DNA of 64,000 nucleotides from an uncultured Candidatus Sumerlaeota bacterium. Its GTDB lineage: Bacteria > Sumerlaeota > Sumerlaeia > UBA8349. Within the stretch, counting starts at the first letter, position 1. The number at the start of each line of letters is the position of its first letter. The DNA is taken from positions 5,738 to 69,737 of the forward strand of contig CAYWYC010000001.1 in NCBI GenBank assembly GCA_964462565.1, given 5' to 3'. Positions 11,101-20,048 of the stretch are shown in pieces. The notes beneath the pieces are model-generated. The model was not told where the DNA came from. It searched no databases and worked only from the letters and a program-made list of their open reading frames with translations. The position numbers and the translations under genes were made by a program.

Positions 11101-11763
11101 CTGCGGGCCATCGAAGAATTCACCGAACTGGGCATGGGCTTTCAGGTGGCCATGCGCGACCTGGAAATCCGCGGAACGGGCAACCTGTTAGGCCCGCAAC
11201 AGCATGGCGCAATCGATGCCGTCGGATTTGACCTTTATTGCCACCTGCTGGAAGACGCGGTGAAGCAGTTGCAGGGAAAGCCTTCCTCACTGGACGAACC
11301 GGTGGAAATCCACTGGAGCGCGCCGGCTTTTTTGCCTTCGGAATATGTGCCGGTGGAATCGCAACGAATCGGTTTTTACAAGCGTTGCGCAACAGCCGCC
11401 GAGATCGAAGACATGGAAGACCTGAAGCAGGAATTCCGCGACCGCTACGGCGAAATACCGATAGAAGCCCAAAACCTGATTAACATCAGCATTATCCGCG
11501 TCCTCGCGCGACAGGCCTACATCAGCCGTATCAGAACCACGGCCAACGGCTTCGAAGTGATGCCCAAGGCCAATCCCTTTGACTTCATGCGAATGGCTCT
11601 GCCCCTTCAAGACCGCTTGGAAGCCCTCAGCGGAATCAACGCTACCGGCGAAGGCGGCATACGCTTTGAAGTGGAAGACTGGCAGAATGATCGCGGGCTG
11701 GAAATCGCCCTCGATGTTTTGAAGAGCCTTGTGAACGGAGATGAAGATTCCGCCAGTGCGTGA
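8173..11763 (+). CDS. mfd: transcription-repair coupling factor Mfd
   Basis: UvrB-homology N-terminal domains, RNAP-interacting region, and superfamily-2 helicase motifs (GDVGFGKTEVA Walker A, DEEHRFG DEAH box, QLRGRVGR motif VI). Length ~1200 aa. The start is placed at the MPDSYQQ Met (8173), because a hairpin overlaps the 8107 ORF start. Confidence 0.9.
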   Translation: MPDSYQQQILDQVDISHAFQKLAAQSHEAGEYARLLNLSGSARALVIARLQQRLQRPVLVVTSSAEESESWYEDFMHFGAEGLHHFPMTETLPFEAQEPIVEIAARQYSSLYYLRRGEKADNTNAPADRENPPAAPPSLIVAPLEALHRKIAAPEAFDKMHFTMWWGERMDLDTILHRLIDMGYERQAMVEARGEFSVRGHIIDIYSPQFEYPVRFDLFDDEIESMRFFSPATQRSLPDGNELERVTILPVSIQEAANRLGRESQDDPGAPRLISLLDWLAEDAIVVLDSPEKYDKTLEQLDGITIRRYRELTGDEPMSDTVEFTEPNVVDIPDASNVLPPDVFFLTGRDLQQRFNEFAQVLIPQLRIDNMNATGDYDFGVQAYDTLPPDLDAYISLIRSRQQQDYFIHIICDNEGQVMRLDEMMRENDIDSLQVIPPKEKKSDNDKNRKLYSNQISPKEFKRRKLLEGYQEIAISIGLMHTGFIFPDARLLIVTDREMFGRYKRRHVYRKAYKGRPISGPGDIQRGDYIVHMDHGVGRYLGIRQQKIDGQRTELLDVEYAEGNKLLVPIENVGRIQKYSSTEGSVPALDRLGGTRWQKRKKKSQEQIEKMAEELLQIYAQREAAQGHAFNPDTVWMTEFEESFLYQETPDQMKAIEEIKNDMAKPKPMDRLLCGDVGFGKTEVAIRAVFKCVEEGKQVAVLVPTTILAQQHYTNFKERFADYPFKIDMISRFRTAAEQREVIKKLRVNDVNIVIGTHRLLSQDVKFADLGLLVVDEEHRFGVKQKEKIKALRASVDILTLSATPIPRTLHMALSGLRDMSTINTPPRDRLPIRTSVIRFKAHEIEEAVMRELNRGGQIYFVHNRVQNIHQVAEQIQEIIPQARIAIGHGQMPERELEKIMFDFIDRKHDILLATTIIESGLDIPNVNTIIINRADAFGLAQLYQLRGRVGRDVKRAYAYLIVPEGHAITDTAIKRLRAIEEFTELGMGFQVAMRDLEIRGTGNLLGPQQHGAIDAVGFDLYCHLLEDAVKQLQGKPSSLDEPVEIHWSAPAFLPSEYVPVESQRIGFYKRCATAAEIEDMEDLKQEFRDRYGEIPIEAQNLINISIIRVLARQAYISRIRTTANGFEVMPKANPFDFMRMALPLQDRLEALSGINATGEGGIRFEVEDWQNDRGLEIALDVLKSLVNGDEDSASA

Positions 11764-11768
11764 CGTTT

Positions 11769-13550
11769 TCAGGCCAGAGGAATGGACAGCGTAAAACAGC
11801 TTCCCTTTCCGGCCGTGCTTTCCACTCGGATGTCTCCATGATGGGCCAGCGCAATATGCTTGACGATAGCCAGCCCCAAACCGGTCCCACCCAAGGCACG
11901 GCTACGCGCCTTGTCAACCCGATAGAAGCGCTCGAAGATTCGCGTTAGGTGCTTTTCTTCAATCCCGATCCCCTCATCGCGAACACTTATCTCCACCATG
12001 CCTTCTTTCTCAATGGCTTCAATCCAGACGTTTCCGCCTTCTTCGCTGTACTTGACTGCATTGTCGGTGAGATTCACAATTGCCTGCTCCACCAGATGTG
12101 GCTTCATCCTGGCATGAAGATCCGCTTCGCAATGCAGATGCACATGCAGGTTTTTCTCCTGCGCCTGGGGGTCACACATTTCCATGGCCGCGCGCAATAC
12201 CGGACGCACAGCAGCGTGCTCGAGTTCGATAATTTCATCTTCACGACTTTTCTCAATACGCGACAAGGCAAGCAAGTCCTCGATAATGGTGCTGAGCCGG
12301 TTGATGTGCCGCATGACAATTTTCAGAAAGCGTTCGGCATTGGCCTCATCATGGATGGCCCCGTCCAGCAGTGTCTCGACAAAACCCTTGATAGACGTAA
12401 TGGGAGTCCGCAATTCGTGGGAAACATTTCCCACAAAATCGCGCCGCATGTTTTCCAGTTGCTTCACGCGAGTGACATCATGCAGCACCACCAGAATTCC
12501 AATGACATGATCGCTTGGATCAAAAAGAGGGGTGGCGTGGGCGCTGAGTATCTGGTTATCACCGGATGGCGTGAAGACGAATATTTCACCTTCCTGGGGT
12601 GTCCGGCCTTCAAGCGATGCATTAATAAAATCGAGCAGGTCCGGTTTTCGAAATACCTCGGTCACGCCGCGCCCTTCGGCATATTCGGCCGACTCCACCC
12701 CAAGCAGCCGGCAGGCGGCATCGTTAATATCCAGAATCGTCCCATCGTTATCGATAGCCAGGACACTTTCCTTCATGCTCGAAAAAACCGATTCCAGTTC
12801 CTTGAGGTGCTGCAGGATAGTCTGAAGTTTCTGGTCCAGAATATCCGCCATGTTATTCAGCTCCAGGGCCACGGCTTCATATTCAGCAACCGATGAAGAA
12901 CGCAGGCGGCTGCGAAGCCCGTTCCGGCTGATATCCCTTGTCCATAAATGAACTCTGCCGAGAAATTTGCGGACCGGCCAGGCAAGTATAAAACTCAGGC
13001 CGCCAGCCCAAACCAGGGCAAGAAAGATCATAAACGGAAGTGGGGCCCATGGGTGAAAGGCGGGATTGGCAATGCGCTGGTCAGAGCGATAAATCATAAG
13101 AATCCATCTGCCATTATCCTGGGGGACAAAAGGCGATACGAAAACGGCCGCTTCTTGATTGATCGCTTTCAGGTACTGGTAGGTAAAGCAAGTTTGAACG
13201 TTCTGGCCAGTTTGTAAACCAGGCAAATTCATCTGTCCCACAGGAGGCAAATCCTGGCCTGCGGTGTGATACCGAACGACCCCGTTCGCGTCGAACAACA
13301 CAATTTCAGCGTTTATGGCATCAGACCAATCTTCCAGAAAACTCCCCATACCATCGAAATTTACGGATTTATCGTTATCCTGGATAGCATTAATCAGCAA
13401 TACTGCAGACTTACGCAATTCCAATTCAATACCACCGAGTATCCTGGATTGGGTTCTTAAAAAATTCACCCAATTACCGCAATGTAACAGGATCAAAAGG
13501 GCAGGAAAGAGAATGAAAAAAGCATACCAGGAATAGGGCTTTCCTCGCAT
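11769..13550 (-). CDS. sensor histidine kinase, PhoR-like (2 TM helices, periplasmic sensing domain, PAS, HisKA, HATPase)
   Basis: H-box SHELRTPITSIKGF, N box (LTDNAVKY), G box GTGLGLAIVKHI, a PAS segment, and two N-terminal hydrophobic helices flanking a ~150-aa loop. The RBS AAGGA lies upstream. Confidence 0.85.
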   Translation of the reverse strand: MRGKPYSWYAFFILFPALLILLHCGNWVNFLRTQSRILGGIELELRKSAVLLINAIQDNDKSVNFDGMGSFLEDWSDAINAEIVLFDANGVVRYHTAGQDLPPVGQMNLPGLQTGQNVQTCFTYQYLKAINQEAAVFVSPFVPQDNGRWILMIYRSDQRIANPAFHPWAPLPFMIFLALVWAGGLSFILAWPVRKFLGRVHLWTRDISRNGLRSRLRSSSVAEYEAVALELNNMADILDQKLQTILQHLKELESVFSSMKESVLAIDNDGTILDINDAACRLLGVESAEYAEGRGVTEVFRKPDLLDFINASLEGRTPQEGEIFVFTPSGDNQILSAHATPLFDPSDHVIGILVVLHDVTRVKQLENMRRDFVGNVSHELRTPITSIKGFVETLLDGAIHDEANAERFLKIVMRHINRLSTIIEDLLALSRIEKSREDEIIELEHAAVRPVLRAAMEMCDPQAQEKNLHVHLHCEADLHARMKPHLVEQAIVNLTDNAVKYSEEGGNVWIEAIEKEGMVEISVRDEGIGIEEKHLTRIFERFYRVDKARSRALGGTGLGLAIVKHIALAHHGDIRVESTAGKGSCFTLSIPLA

Positions 13551-13556
13551 AAGCCA

Positions 13557-14243
13557 TTATTCCTTGAAGCGATAGCCAACACCACGGACGGTTTGGATGT
13601 ACTTGCCCGCCGGGCCCAGCTTTTTCCGAAGGCCCACCACCTGCACGTCCACCGAGCGATCGGTAACAGGATAATCGTAGCCATGTACGGCATCGACAAT
13701 CTGATAACGGGTAAAGACCCATCCGGGACGACGGGCCAGAAAATGGAGCACACGAAATTCGGTAGCCGTCAGATCGACGGGCTTTTCTTTCACGAAAACC
13801 TGATGCCGGCCGGGATGAATAACCAGATCATGCACCTGAATCGTGGCGTCTTCCTTGCTTGGTTCCTGGATTTTGCGACGAAGCACGGCACGGATACGCG
13901 CCACCAGTATGCGTGGGCTGAAAGGTTTGGGAATATAATCATCAGCTCCCAGCTCCAGGCCAGTGACAACATCGGCCTCCTCGTTTTTTGCCGTGAGCAT
14001 AACGACAGGCACGTTCTTGGCGTTAGTATCGTTTTTGATTGAGCGACATACTTCGAGACCATCCATGCCCGGCAACATCAGATCAAGAATTACCAGATCC
14101 GGTACTTTGGTGCGAATCTCTTTCAGGGCCTCTTCGCCGGATCCCACACCCGTTACCGTATAGCCTTCCTGAGAAAGTTTATATTGGATCAATTCCAGGA
14201 TATCTTCTTCGTCTTCCACCACAAGCACATTTTCTCGTGCCAT
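13557..14243 (-). CDS. OmpR/PhoB-family response regulator
   Basis: Receiver domain (VLVVEDEEDIL, phospho-acceptor Asp in ILDLMLPGMDG, conserved K in IPKPF) plus a winged-helix C-terminus ending RGVGYRFKE. The start is moved to the internal Met (MARENV), which has a GAGGAG RBS upstream. Confidence 0.9.
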   Translation of the reverse strand: MARENVLVVEDEEDILELIQYKLSQEGYTVTGVGSGEEALKEIRTKVPDLVILDLMLPGMDGLEVCRSIKNDTNAKNVPVVMLTAKNEEADVVTGLELGADDYIPKPFSPRILVARIRAVLRRKIQEPSKEDATIQVHDLVIHPGRHQVFVKEKPVDLTATEFRVLHFLARRPGWVFTRYQIVDAVHGYDYPVTDRSVDVQVVGLRKKLGPAGKYIQTVRGVGYRFKE

Positions 14244-14414
14244 ATCTTGCTCCTCACAGCTGCGATTTTCACATCCCCAGCGCCACACCTATCTTCTTCA
14301 CCACAAATTAGCACAATGTTTGTTTGTTGTTACGATCTCATTTGCTAATCTTACACTAACACTCCTTCCCATAGTATGTATTCTCAGTCTTCTATCGCGG
14401 ATTGATATATCGCA

Positions 14415-17400
14415 TTAATGTGGCTTGTCCGGAATGGTCAGGACAAGAGAAAAATAATTATGCGCGGACTGCCTGGCATACAGATTTCCTCCGCAGCATT
14501 GGACGATGCTTTGACAAAAACGAAAACTATTTCGAAAGTCCTTGTATTCCTCCGCCCTTTTTATCTGTGGTATTTCGAATATGTTGACGAGCTCGGCGAC
14601 ATCAATCTCGATATTCCCACAGTTGATTTCAAAAACAAACCCAGCCTGCTGCTTTGGTTCGGTATTCTCAAGCCCGGCTATATTAAGGATTACGATATTG
14701 TCGGAACTCATCATGGCCAAGTCTTTCACCACAATCGCACCTATCCTCTCAAGCCATGGCGACACAGGCTGCTTGGTAGTTTTGTAGATATAGTCTTCCA
14801 TTTTCGACGAGATGATCAATTTATTGCCGAAGATGGAAAGCAGATGGTCCACCTGTTCAGAGATGCTCAATAAGTTTTTCTCGTTCTCGCCGGAATATTG
14901 CATTGCGGCCAGACCATGAAGATGCTGCAATCGTCCGGTGTCGATGTCTGTGTTGTACCCCCCGCCCAGGCATGAAAGCAGAATCTGCATCTGCTGATCG
15001 GCAATGCGTTTCGCCTCCTCTTCTCTGCTCAGTTTCCGCCCCAACGCTCGGCTCCGGTTTTCCAGGACTTCAATCTCGGACTTCAGGATACCCAAGCGCT
15101 CCTGCTCAATAATGTAAGTTGCCACATTCCCCGCAATCGGAATCAGAATACGCATATCTTCCCGGCTCCAGTGTCTCGTTTCGCTGCAACCCAGCGTGAG
15201 AATTCCGAGTAAGCGCCCTTCATCCGTCCTGACGGGCAACGTGACAAAGGCGCGACTGCCAATCCGGCGGCAATATTCTTTCTCGTTGAGGGCGCTATCC
15301 GGGAGTTTCTCAATATCATTAACGCTTAACGCATTTTTCGTATTGATCTGTTCATTGGCCCAGGGCAGGAAGGACATGGGGGTTGGCTTTTCCGACAAAT
15401 CAGGAATACGCTTACCCTTTTGGGCAACGCCATAGATGTATCGGAATGTTTTCTTCTCGTTGTCCGCCGTAAAATAGATACCATGGTCTACATCAAGTTC
15501 ATCGACAAGCAAATCCAATATGGCCGGTATCACTGGTTCTGCTCCTTCCAGGAATATCCGGCTCACCCGCTCCAGAACCTTGAACTGGCGTAAATAATTC
15601 CGTGTCTTCCTCTCTTCTTTCCGTTTCTCCGAAATGTCCCGGACATGCTCAACCGCACTGGTAATATTCCCCCTGGAATCGCGAATGGGATAGCTGCTGA
15701 TTTCGACCCAGCCACAAGGCTTGCTATCCGGGCCCATCTTCTCAACCACGCTGGTTTCTGCTTTACCATTTTTGAAAACATTGAGTGTGGGACAATTGGG
15801 ACAAATGCGATTCCGACTCTGAAAGACTGCGTAGCATTTTTGCCCGATAATGGGATGGCGATGGCGATACCATTCCTGGAGGCAATTGTTCGCCCGAATG
15901 ACATTCATCTCGCGATCAACAACACATATACCGTCCTGGATGGCATTGAGGACACTGTTGATGAATCGCTCACTCTCCCTGGCCTGTTCTTCGGCCCGGC
16001 GCAAAAGTGTAATATCGGCCGCGCTCAGGAGCACAGCCTGCTTTTCCTGATACTCTATCGTCCTGGGAGATAGCTGAAGGTTGCGAATTTCTCCGGAACG
16101 GCATACCAACGAAACCGAAAAAGTTCCGGAGTTGCTATCACCCTTCAGAAGGGAATCCACCCTCTGACGAAAAAGAGCTCTGGATTCGGCGCCCAGAAAT
16201 TCGACAAAATCACGGTTCTTGATCTCTTTCTCATCATAGCCCAGCATCTGGACAAGTGCTTGGTTGCAAAACAGTGCTTTTACTCCGCGAATCAGCAAGA
16301 TCGGTGCTTTTATCGATTCGACCAGCGTGCGGAATTTGGCTCGGCTGGACCTCAACTCTTCCTGTATCGCGATGCGATCATCAATCAGATAAGTTGAGCC
16401 AATTATGCGATGCATTTTTTTCTTTTCGTCGAGTAAAACCGTCAGCCAGTCCTGAAACCAACGGTATATGCCATCTTTCATCTTCCTGCGATATTCAAAG
16501 GCCAGGTTGAATTTTCCACCCGGCGGAGTTTGCCGCGTTTTTTCTTCAAACATCGCCATCACCCTGGGAACATCGTCGGGATGAGAATCGCGCTGAATAT
16601 CTTCGAAAGACATCTGCATGTATTCTTCATTACTCACGCCTGTTACCTTTTCGGCAGATGCACTCAGATACTCGTATTTGTTTTTGGAAACATTATAGCA
16701 AAACACAATGTTATTGGCCGAAGTAAGCACTTCGTTCAGACGCGTTTCACTGACTTGCAAGGCATCCTGCAAGCGTCTCTGTTCGGTCACATCACGGCCG
16801 GCAGCAACGTAGTACTGCAATTCTTTATTATCGTCAACGATGGCCCGGATATGCCACTCTATCCATCGCCAGCCCAGGCGCGTGCGAAAGCGCACCGCTT
16901 CTTTAACAATATATGGTGGCCGCATTACATCATCCCGGCTCTTGTCAACGAGCCCATAATCATCGGGATGGATAAATTCAAAAGGCGAATGTCCGACGAT
17001 TTCAGACTCGGGACGGCCCAGCAAATAAGAAAAGGAAGGGCTGGCAAATTCGAAAATATATTCCGCGCTGACACGTATCACATAATCGAGCTGGTTTTCG
17101 ACGATAGTCCGGTACTTTTCCTCGTTTTCAATCAGATTCTGCTTTATCTGGACGTCTTCGCTGATATCCCATATAGCCGCAATGATACGCATCGGGACAT
17201 CATCCACATCCGGATCTATTGCTTTCGCCTGAATTTTGATCCAGAGCCATTCACCATTGCGATGCCGGAGCCTGACCGTCCCCGAAAAAGATGCTTTTCT
17301 TCCCTGCCGGCAGAGTTGAAACTGTTCCTCAAGTTCTTTCTGATCATCAGAATGTATATAACTGGCGATTACCTCGTCCATACTTTCGGGCAAGCCATTG

Positions 17401-19340
17401 CTTTCATAGCCCGTCATTTCAAAAAACATATCGCTGAAATTCACGGCGCCTGTAAAAACGTTGTATTCCACAAAGCAAAGGCTCGTCACTTCAAGAACCT
17501 TCTGGAGGCGGGAATCTTCGTTATCAAGAAACTTCTCCAGGCGCCTGGTATTGGTAATATCGCGAAACACGAGAATGACGGCCTTCTCGCCGTTTTGTTC
17601 GATAACAGACGCTGAGATGGAAGCAAGAAAGCGTGTGCCGTCGAAGCGGGTAGCCCAGATATCATAATGAACGGGGACGCTTTCATCTCCGCTCAGCCTT
17701 CTCTGGTAAAAGTCATTTGCGTAATCACGATACTCCGCCGTGATCACCTCAAGCATGTTCCTGCCGATAATCTGTTCGCGGCTGTCGGCACGCATCATCT
17801 GAACGCCCACATCATTTATATACACGCATTTGGCATCCTGCAGAAGGACCATGCCATGGGGAAAAGCCTCCACCATCATGCGATAGTCCAAATCTTGCCT
17901 GTGGCCCTGCTTTTCCAGCCACTTGAGCAGGGCCTTGCCCTTCAGCAAACCCGAATCCGCCATCAGGGCATCCCAATCTCTCAGGCTGTCTCCCTTGAGA
18001 TGCTTCCGGGCTTCCATCAGCGATACTTCCGCCTGTTTACGGTCGGTAATATCCTGATGCATCGTGATGACATGATTAACCTGCCCCATGTCATCACGAA
18101 GTGAAAATACCGTCCCCATTATGCATTGGGGATCCGGATCGCGCTTGGAATCGGCCGGAGGATGAAGCCAGAATTCGGATTGAATAGAATGGACTTCCCC
18201 TTTCATAAGGCCAACGAGATCGCGGAAGACGGGCGACTTCTGAAGAACGGGGTCCTTGAATATCGTATAGTCTTGGGGAATCGGGGCCGGGAATATAGAA
18301 CGGAAAGAATCGTTGCATTCCACCAGACGGCCTTCTCCATCGTAAATCGCGATACTGAAAGGATTGCGTGCGATAATCTGTTCGAGAAGGCGATGTTCCC
18401 GATCCAGGTTTTTTTCCACGATCCGATGCTCGGTAATATCAAAGGTGAATCCCACTGCCCCGATGATAGTCTTGTCTTCATAAACAGGGGCCATGATGGA
18501 ACGCATAAAAACAGGAGCATCTTTGATTACATAGTCGAATTCGGAAATTATGGTGTCGCCGGCCAGAACGCGCAGAAAGTTCTGCATACACTCCTGCTTC
18601 TCTTCGCCTTCCACATTTATGGCATCCAGCGTTTTGCCCCGGTTATCACCCCACATCTCGATAGAACCCTTATTCTGGTAAACCACAATCCCGTCCGCAT
18701 TGATCTGGTAGCAATGAACGGGAAGGAAATCCATGAATTTGGTGAAATACTGGGATTCGGGTTTCTGCACCAACGACTTTTGGGAACCGGCCAGTATTCG
18801 GGCCATCCTCAAGGCGAGAGATTCCACTACGCTACGAAGATATTCGGGAAAAGCATTGGCTTCCGAGTGGCTGAGGTTCAGAACACCCATTACCTCGTCA
18901 TTAATCACTAAGGCCTGGCTGATAAGAGACTTGATGGAAACCTTCGCGCTGCCGCCGTCCTTAAACATTTCGCTTTGAGCAGTATCGGCAATGAACATGC
19001 CGCTTTTGTGCTCCCAGGCTTTTCCGGCTATACCCTCGCCGCTTCGAAAAGCCTTCCCCACCCATTGTTCGTTTTCATATCGTCGGGGTTCCAGATCATT
19101 TTTGCCAAAGGCAAAGCGCAAGCGACATTCATCCTGGTTGATGAGCATAACCGAGCCATTTTCGGCCGGCGAATACTGGATTATCACAGAAAGCAGGCGG
19201 GCAATCTTATCCATGGCCCGCGCGGAGCCATTCTCAATGCCTTCCATTTCAAGCCCCATCTTGAGATAGGCTTCCACAGACCCTACGGAATCATAACTGC
19301 CGGCGGTCGATTCGGGTTTCGCGTTATCCATAAATATCAT
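14415..19340 (-). CDS. large cytoplasmic signalling protein: N-terminal GAF, multiple tandem PAS/PAC domains, C-terminal GAF and a degenerate histidine-kinase-like (HATPase-like) tail
   Basis: 1641 aa with no TM segments. PAS-like modules recur every ~120 aa. GAF-like regions sit at both ends. The final ~120 aa (FRFCQSIVQCCGGNLYARQ...SLVLTIP) resemble the ATP-lid/G2 region of HATPase_c, but without the GxGLGL glycines or a clear H-box. Confidence 0.8.
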   Translation of the reverse strand: MIFMDNAKPESTAGSYDSVGSVEAYLKMGLEMEGIENGSARAMDKIARLLSVIIQYSPAENGSVMLINQDECRLRFAFGKNDLEPRRYENEQWVGKAFRSGEGIAGKAWEHKSGMFIADTAQSEMFKDGGSAKVSIKSLISQALVINDEVMGVLNLSHSEANAFPEYLRSVVESLALRMARILAGSQKSLVQKPESQYFTKFMDFLPVHCYQINADGIVVYQNKGSIEMWGDNRGKTLDAINVEGEEKQECMQNFLRVLAGDTIISEFDYVIKDAPVFMRSIMAPVYEDKTIIGAVGFTFDITEHRIVEKNLDREHRLLEQIIARNPFSIAIYDGEGRLVECNDSFRSIFPAPIPQDYTIFKDPVLQKSPVFRDLVGLMKGEVHSIQSEFWLHPPADSKRDPDPQCIMGTVFSLRDDMGQVNHVITMHQDITDRKQAEVSLMEARKHLKGDSLRDWDALMADSGLLKGKALLKWLEKQGHRQDLDYRMMVEAFPHGMVLLQDAKCVYINDVGVQMMRADSREQIIGRNMLEVITAEYRDYANDFYQRRLSGDESVPVHYDIWATRFDGTRFLASISASVIEQNGEKAVILVFRDITNTRRLEKFLDNEDSRLQKVLEVTSLCFVEYNVFTGAVNFSDMFFEMTGYESNGLPESMDEVIASYIHSDDQKELEEQFQLCRQGRKASFSGTVRLRHRNGEWLWIKIQAKAIDPDVDDVPMRIIAAIWDISEDVQIKQNLIENEEKYRTIVENQLDYVIRVSAEYIFEFASPSFSYLLGRPESEIVGHSPFEFIHPDDYGLVDKSRDDVMRPPYIVKEAVRFRTRLGWRWIEWHIRAIVDDNKELQYYVAAGRDVTEQRRLQDALQVSETRLNEVLTSANNIVFCYNVSKNKYEYLSASAEKVTGVSNEEYMQMSFEDIQRDSHPDDVPRVMAMFEEKTRQTPPGGKFNLAFEYRRKMKDGIYRWFQDWLTVLLDEKKKMHRIIGSTYLIDDRIAIQEELRSSRAKFRTLVESIKAPILLIRGVKALFCNQALVQMLGYDEKEIKNRDFVEFLGAESRALFRQRVDSLLKGDSNSGTFSVSLVCRSGEIRNLQLSPRTIEYQEKQAVLLSAADITLLRRAEEQARESERFINSVLNAIQDGICVVDREMNVIRANNCLQEWYRHRHPIIGQKCYAVFQSRNRICPNCPTLNVFKNGKAETSVVEKMGPDSKPCGWVEISSYPIRDSRGNITSAVEHVRDISEKRKEERKTRNYLRQFKVLERVSRIFLEGAEPVIPAILDLLVDELDVDHGIYFTADNEKKTFRYIYGVAQKGKRIPDLSEKPTPMSFLPWANEQINTKNALSVNDIEKLPDSALNEKEYCRRIGSRAFVTLPVRTDEGRLLGILTLGCSETRHWSREDMRILIPIAGNVATYIIEQERLGILKSEIEVLENRSRALGRKLSREEEAKRIADQQMQILLSCLGGGYNTDIDTGRLQHLHGLAAMQYSGENEKNLLSISEQVDHLLSIFGNKLIISSKMEDYIYKTTKQPVSPWLERIGAIVVKDLAMMSSDNIVILNIAGLENTEPKQQAGFVFEINCGNIEIDVAELVNIFEIPQIKRAEEYKDFRNSFRFCQSIVQCCGGNLYARQSAHNYFSLVLTIPDKPH

Positions 19341-19412
19341 CTACCGTTTTAAGGGGATACCTGCAGCATATATATTAAAGGTATCGGAATATAACAGGGA
19401 ATTCTTGTGCAA

Positions 19413-20048
19413 TTACTCCAAAGCCATCTGAATATCTTTCTCAAAATGGGTCATGATCCTCGAAAAGGCCTCATTCCATCCGGCTACGAGCGATTCCGGC
19501 TCGCGCTCCTGGATCGGAAAACGGGCGACATAATTTTTCTGCAGCACCACTTCCGACTCGGGCTTGCTCGTATTTACCAGAAGAAACTGCAATTCGATTA
19601 GCGCCAGCGGACTTTCCGGATTGCGATAATCGCCGTGCAGACTGACGATATTCGCTTCAATCACATAGTCGGGCAGGATCACGCTGCCGGAATCGAGCAC
19701 ATTCCGAAATATACCGGACTCTGAAACCCAGTCCCGGGTCTGGCTCAGAATCATATCCTCCGGCGTGATAAAGAAGACATTATAAAAATCCGATTCGTAC
19801 TGATAGTTGCTGAGACGATAAACAAATTCCCCTTTTTCATAGCGCTGGGAAATCAGAAACGGGCGCAGGCTTACCGACCCAGCCAGAGGCTCCATGACCA
19901 GGGGCCCGCCCGGACGTTCCACGTCTATCAGGAAAGAACGACGCTCCGGATATTCCTGCTTGAAGACCACACAGGCAGCACTTGCCGCCAGGATAATCAC
20001 CAGGACTGGAATCGATAAAACATGTCTGTAAACCAACGATCGCTTCAT
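19413..20048 (-). CDS. lipoprotein, ABC-type transport auxiliary component (PqiC/YmbA-like)
   Basis: Signal peptide ending in Cys (LAASAAC). Size ~210 aa. It is translationally coupled (4-bp overlap) to the upstream MCE gene, as in PqiB-PqiC/Mla-like operons. Confidence 0.55.
   Translation of the reverse strand: MKRSLVYRHVLSIPVLVIILAASAACVVFKQEYPERRSFLIDVERPGGPLVMEPLAGSVSLRPFLISQRYEKGEFVYRLSNYQYESDFYNVFFITPEDMILSQTRDWVSESGIFRNVLDSGSVILPDYVIEANIVSLHGDYRNPESPLALIELQFLLVNTSKPESEVVLQKNYVARFPIQEREPESLVAGWNEAFSRIMTHFEKDIQMALE

Noticed and set aside
19341-19412. Possible terminator hairpin (CCGATACC…GGTATCCCC) after the MCE-lipoprotein operon
   Set aside because: The stem is only 6-8 bp and the U-tract is weak (UUAAAACGG). 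It is not convincing enough to call as a feature.
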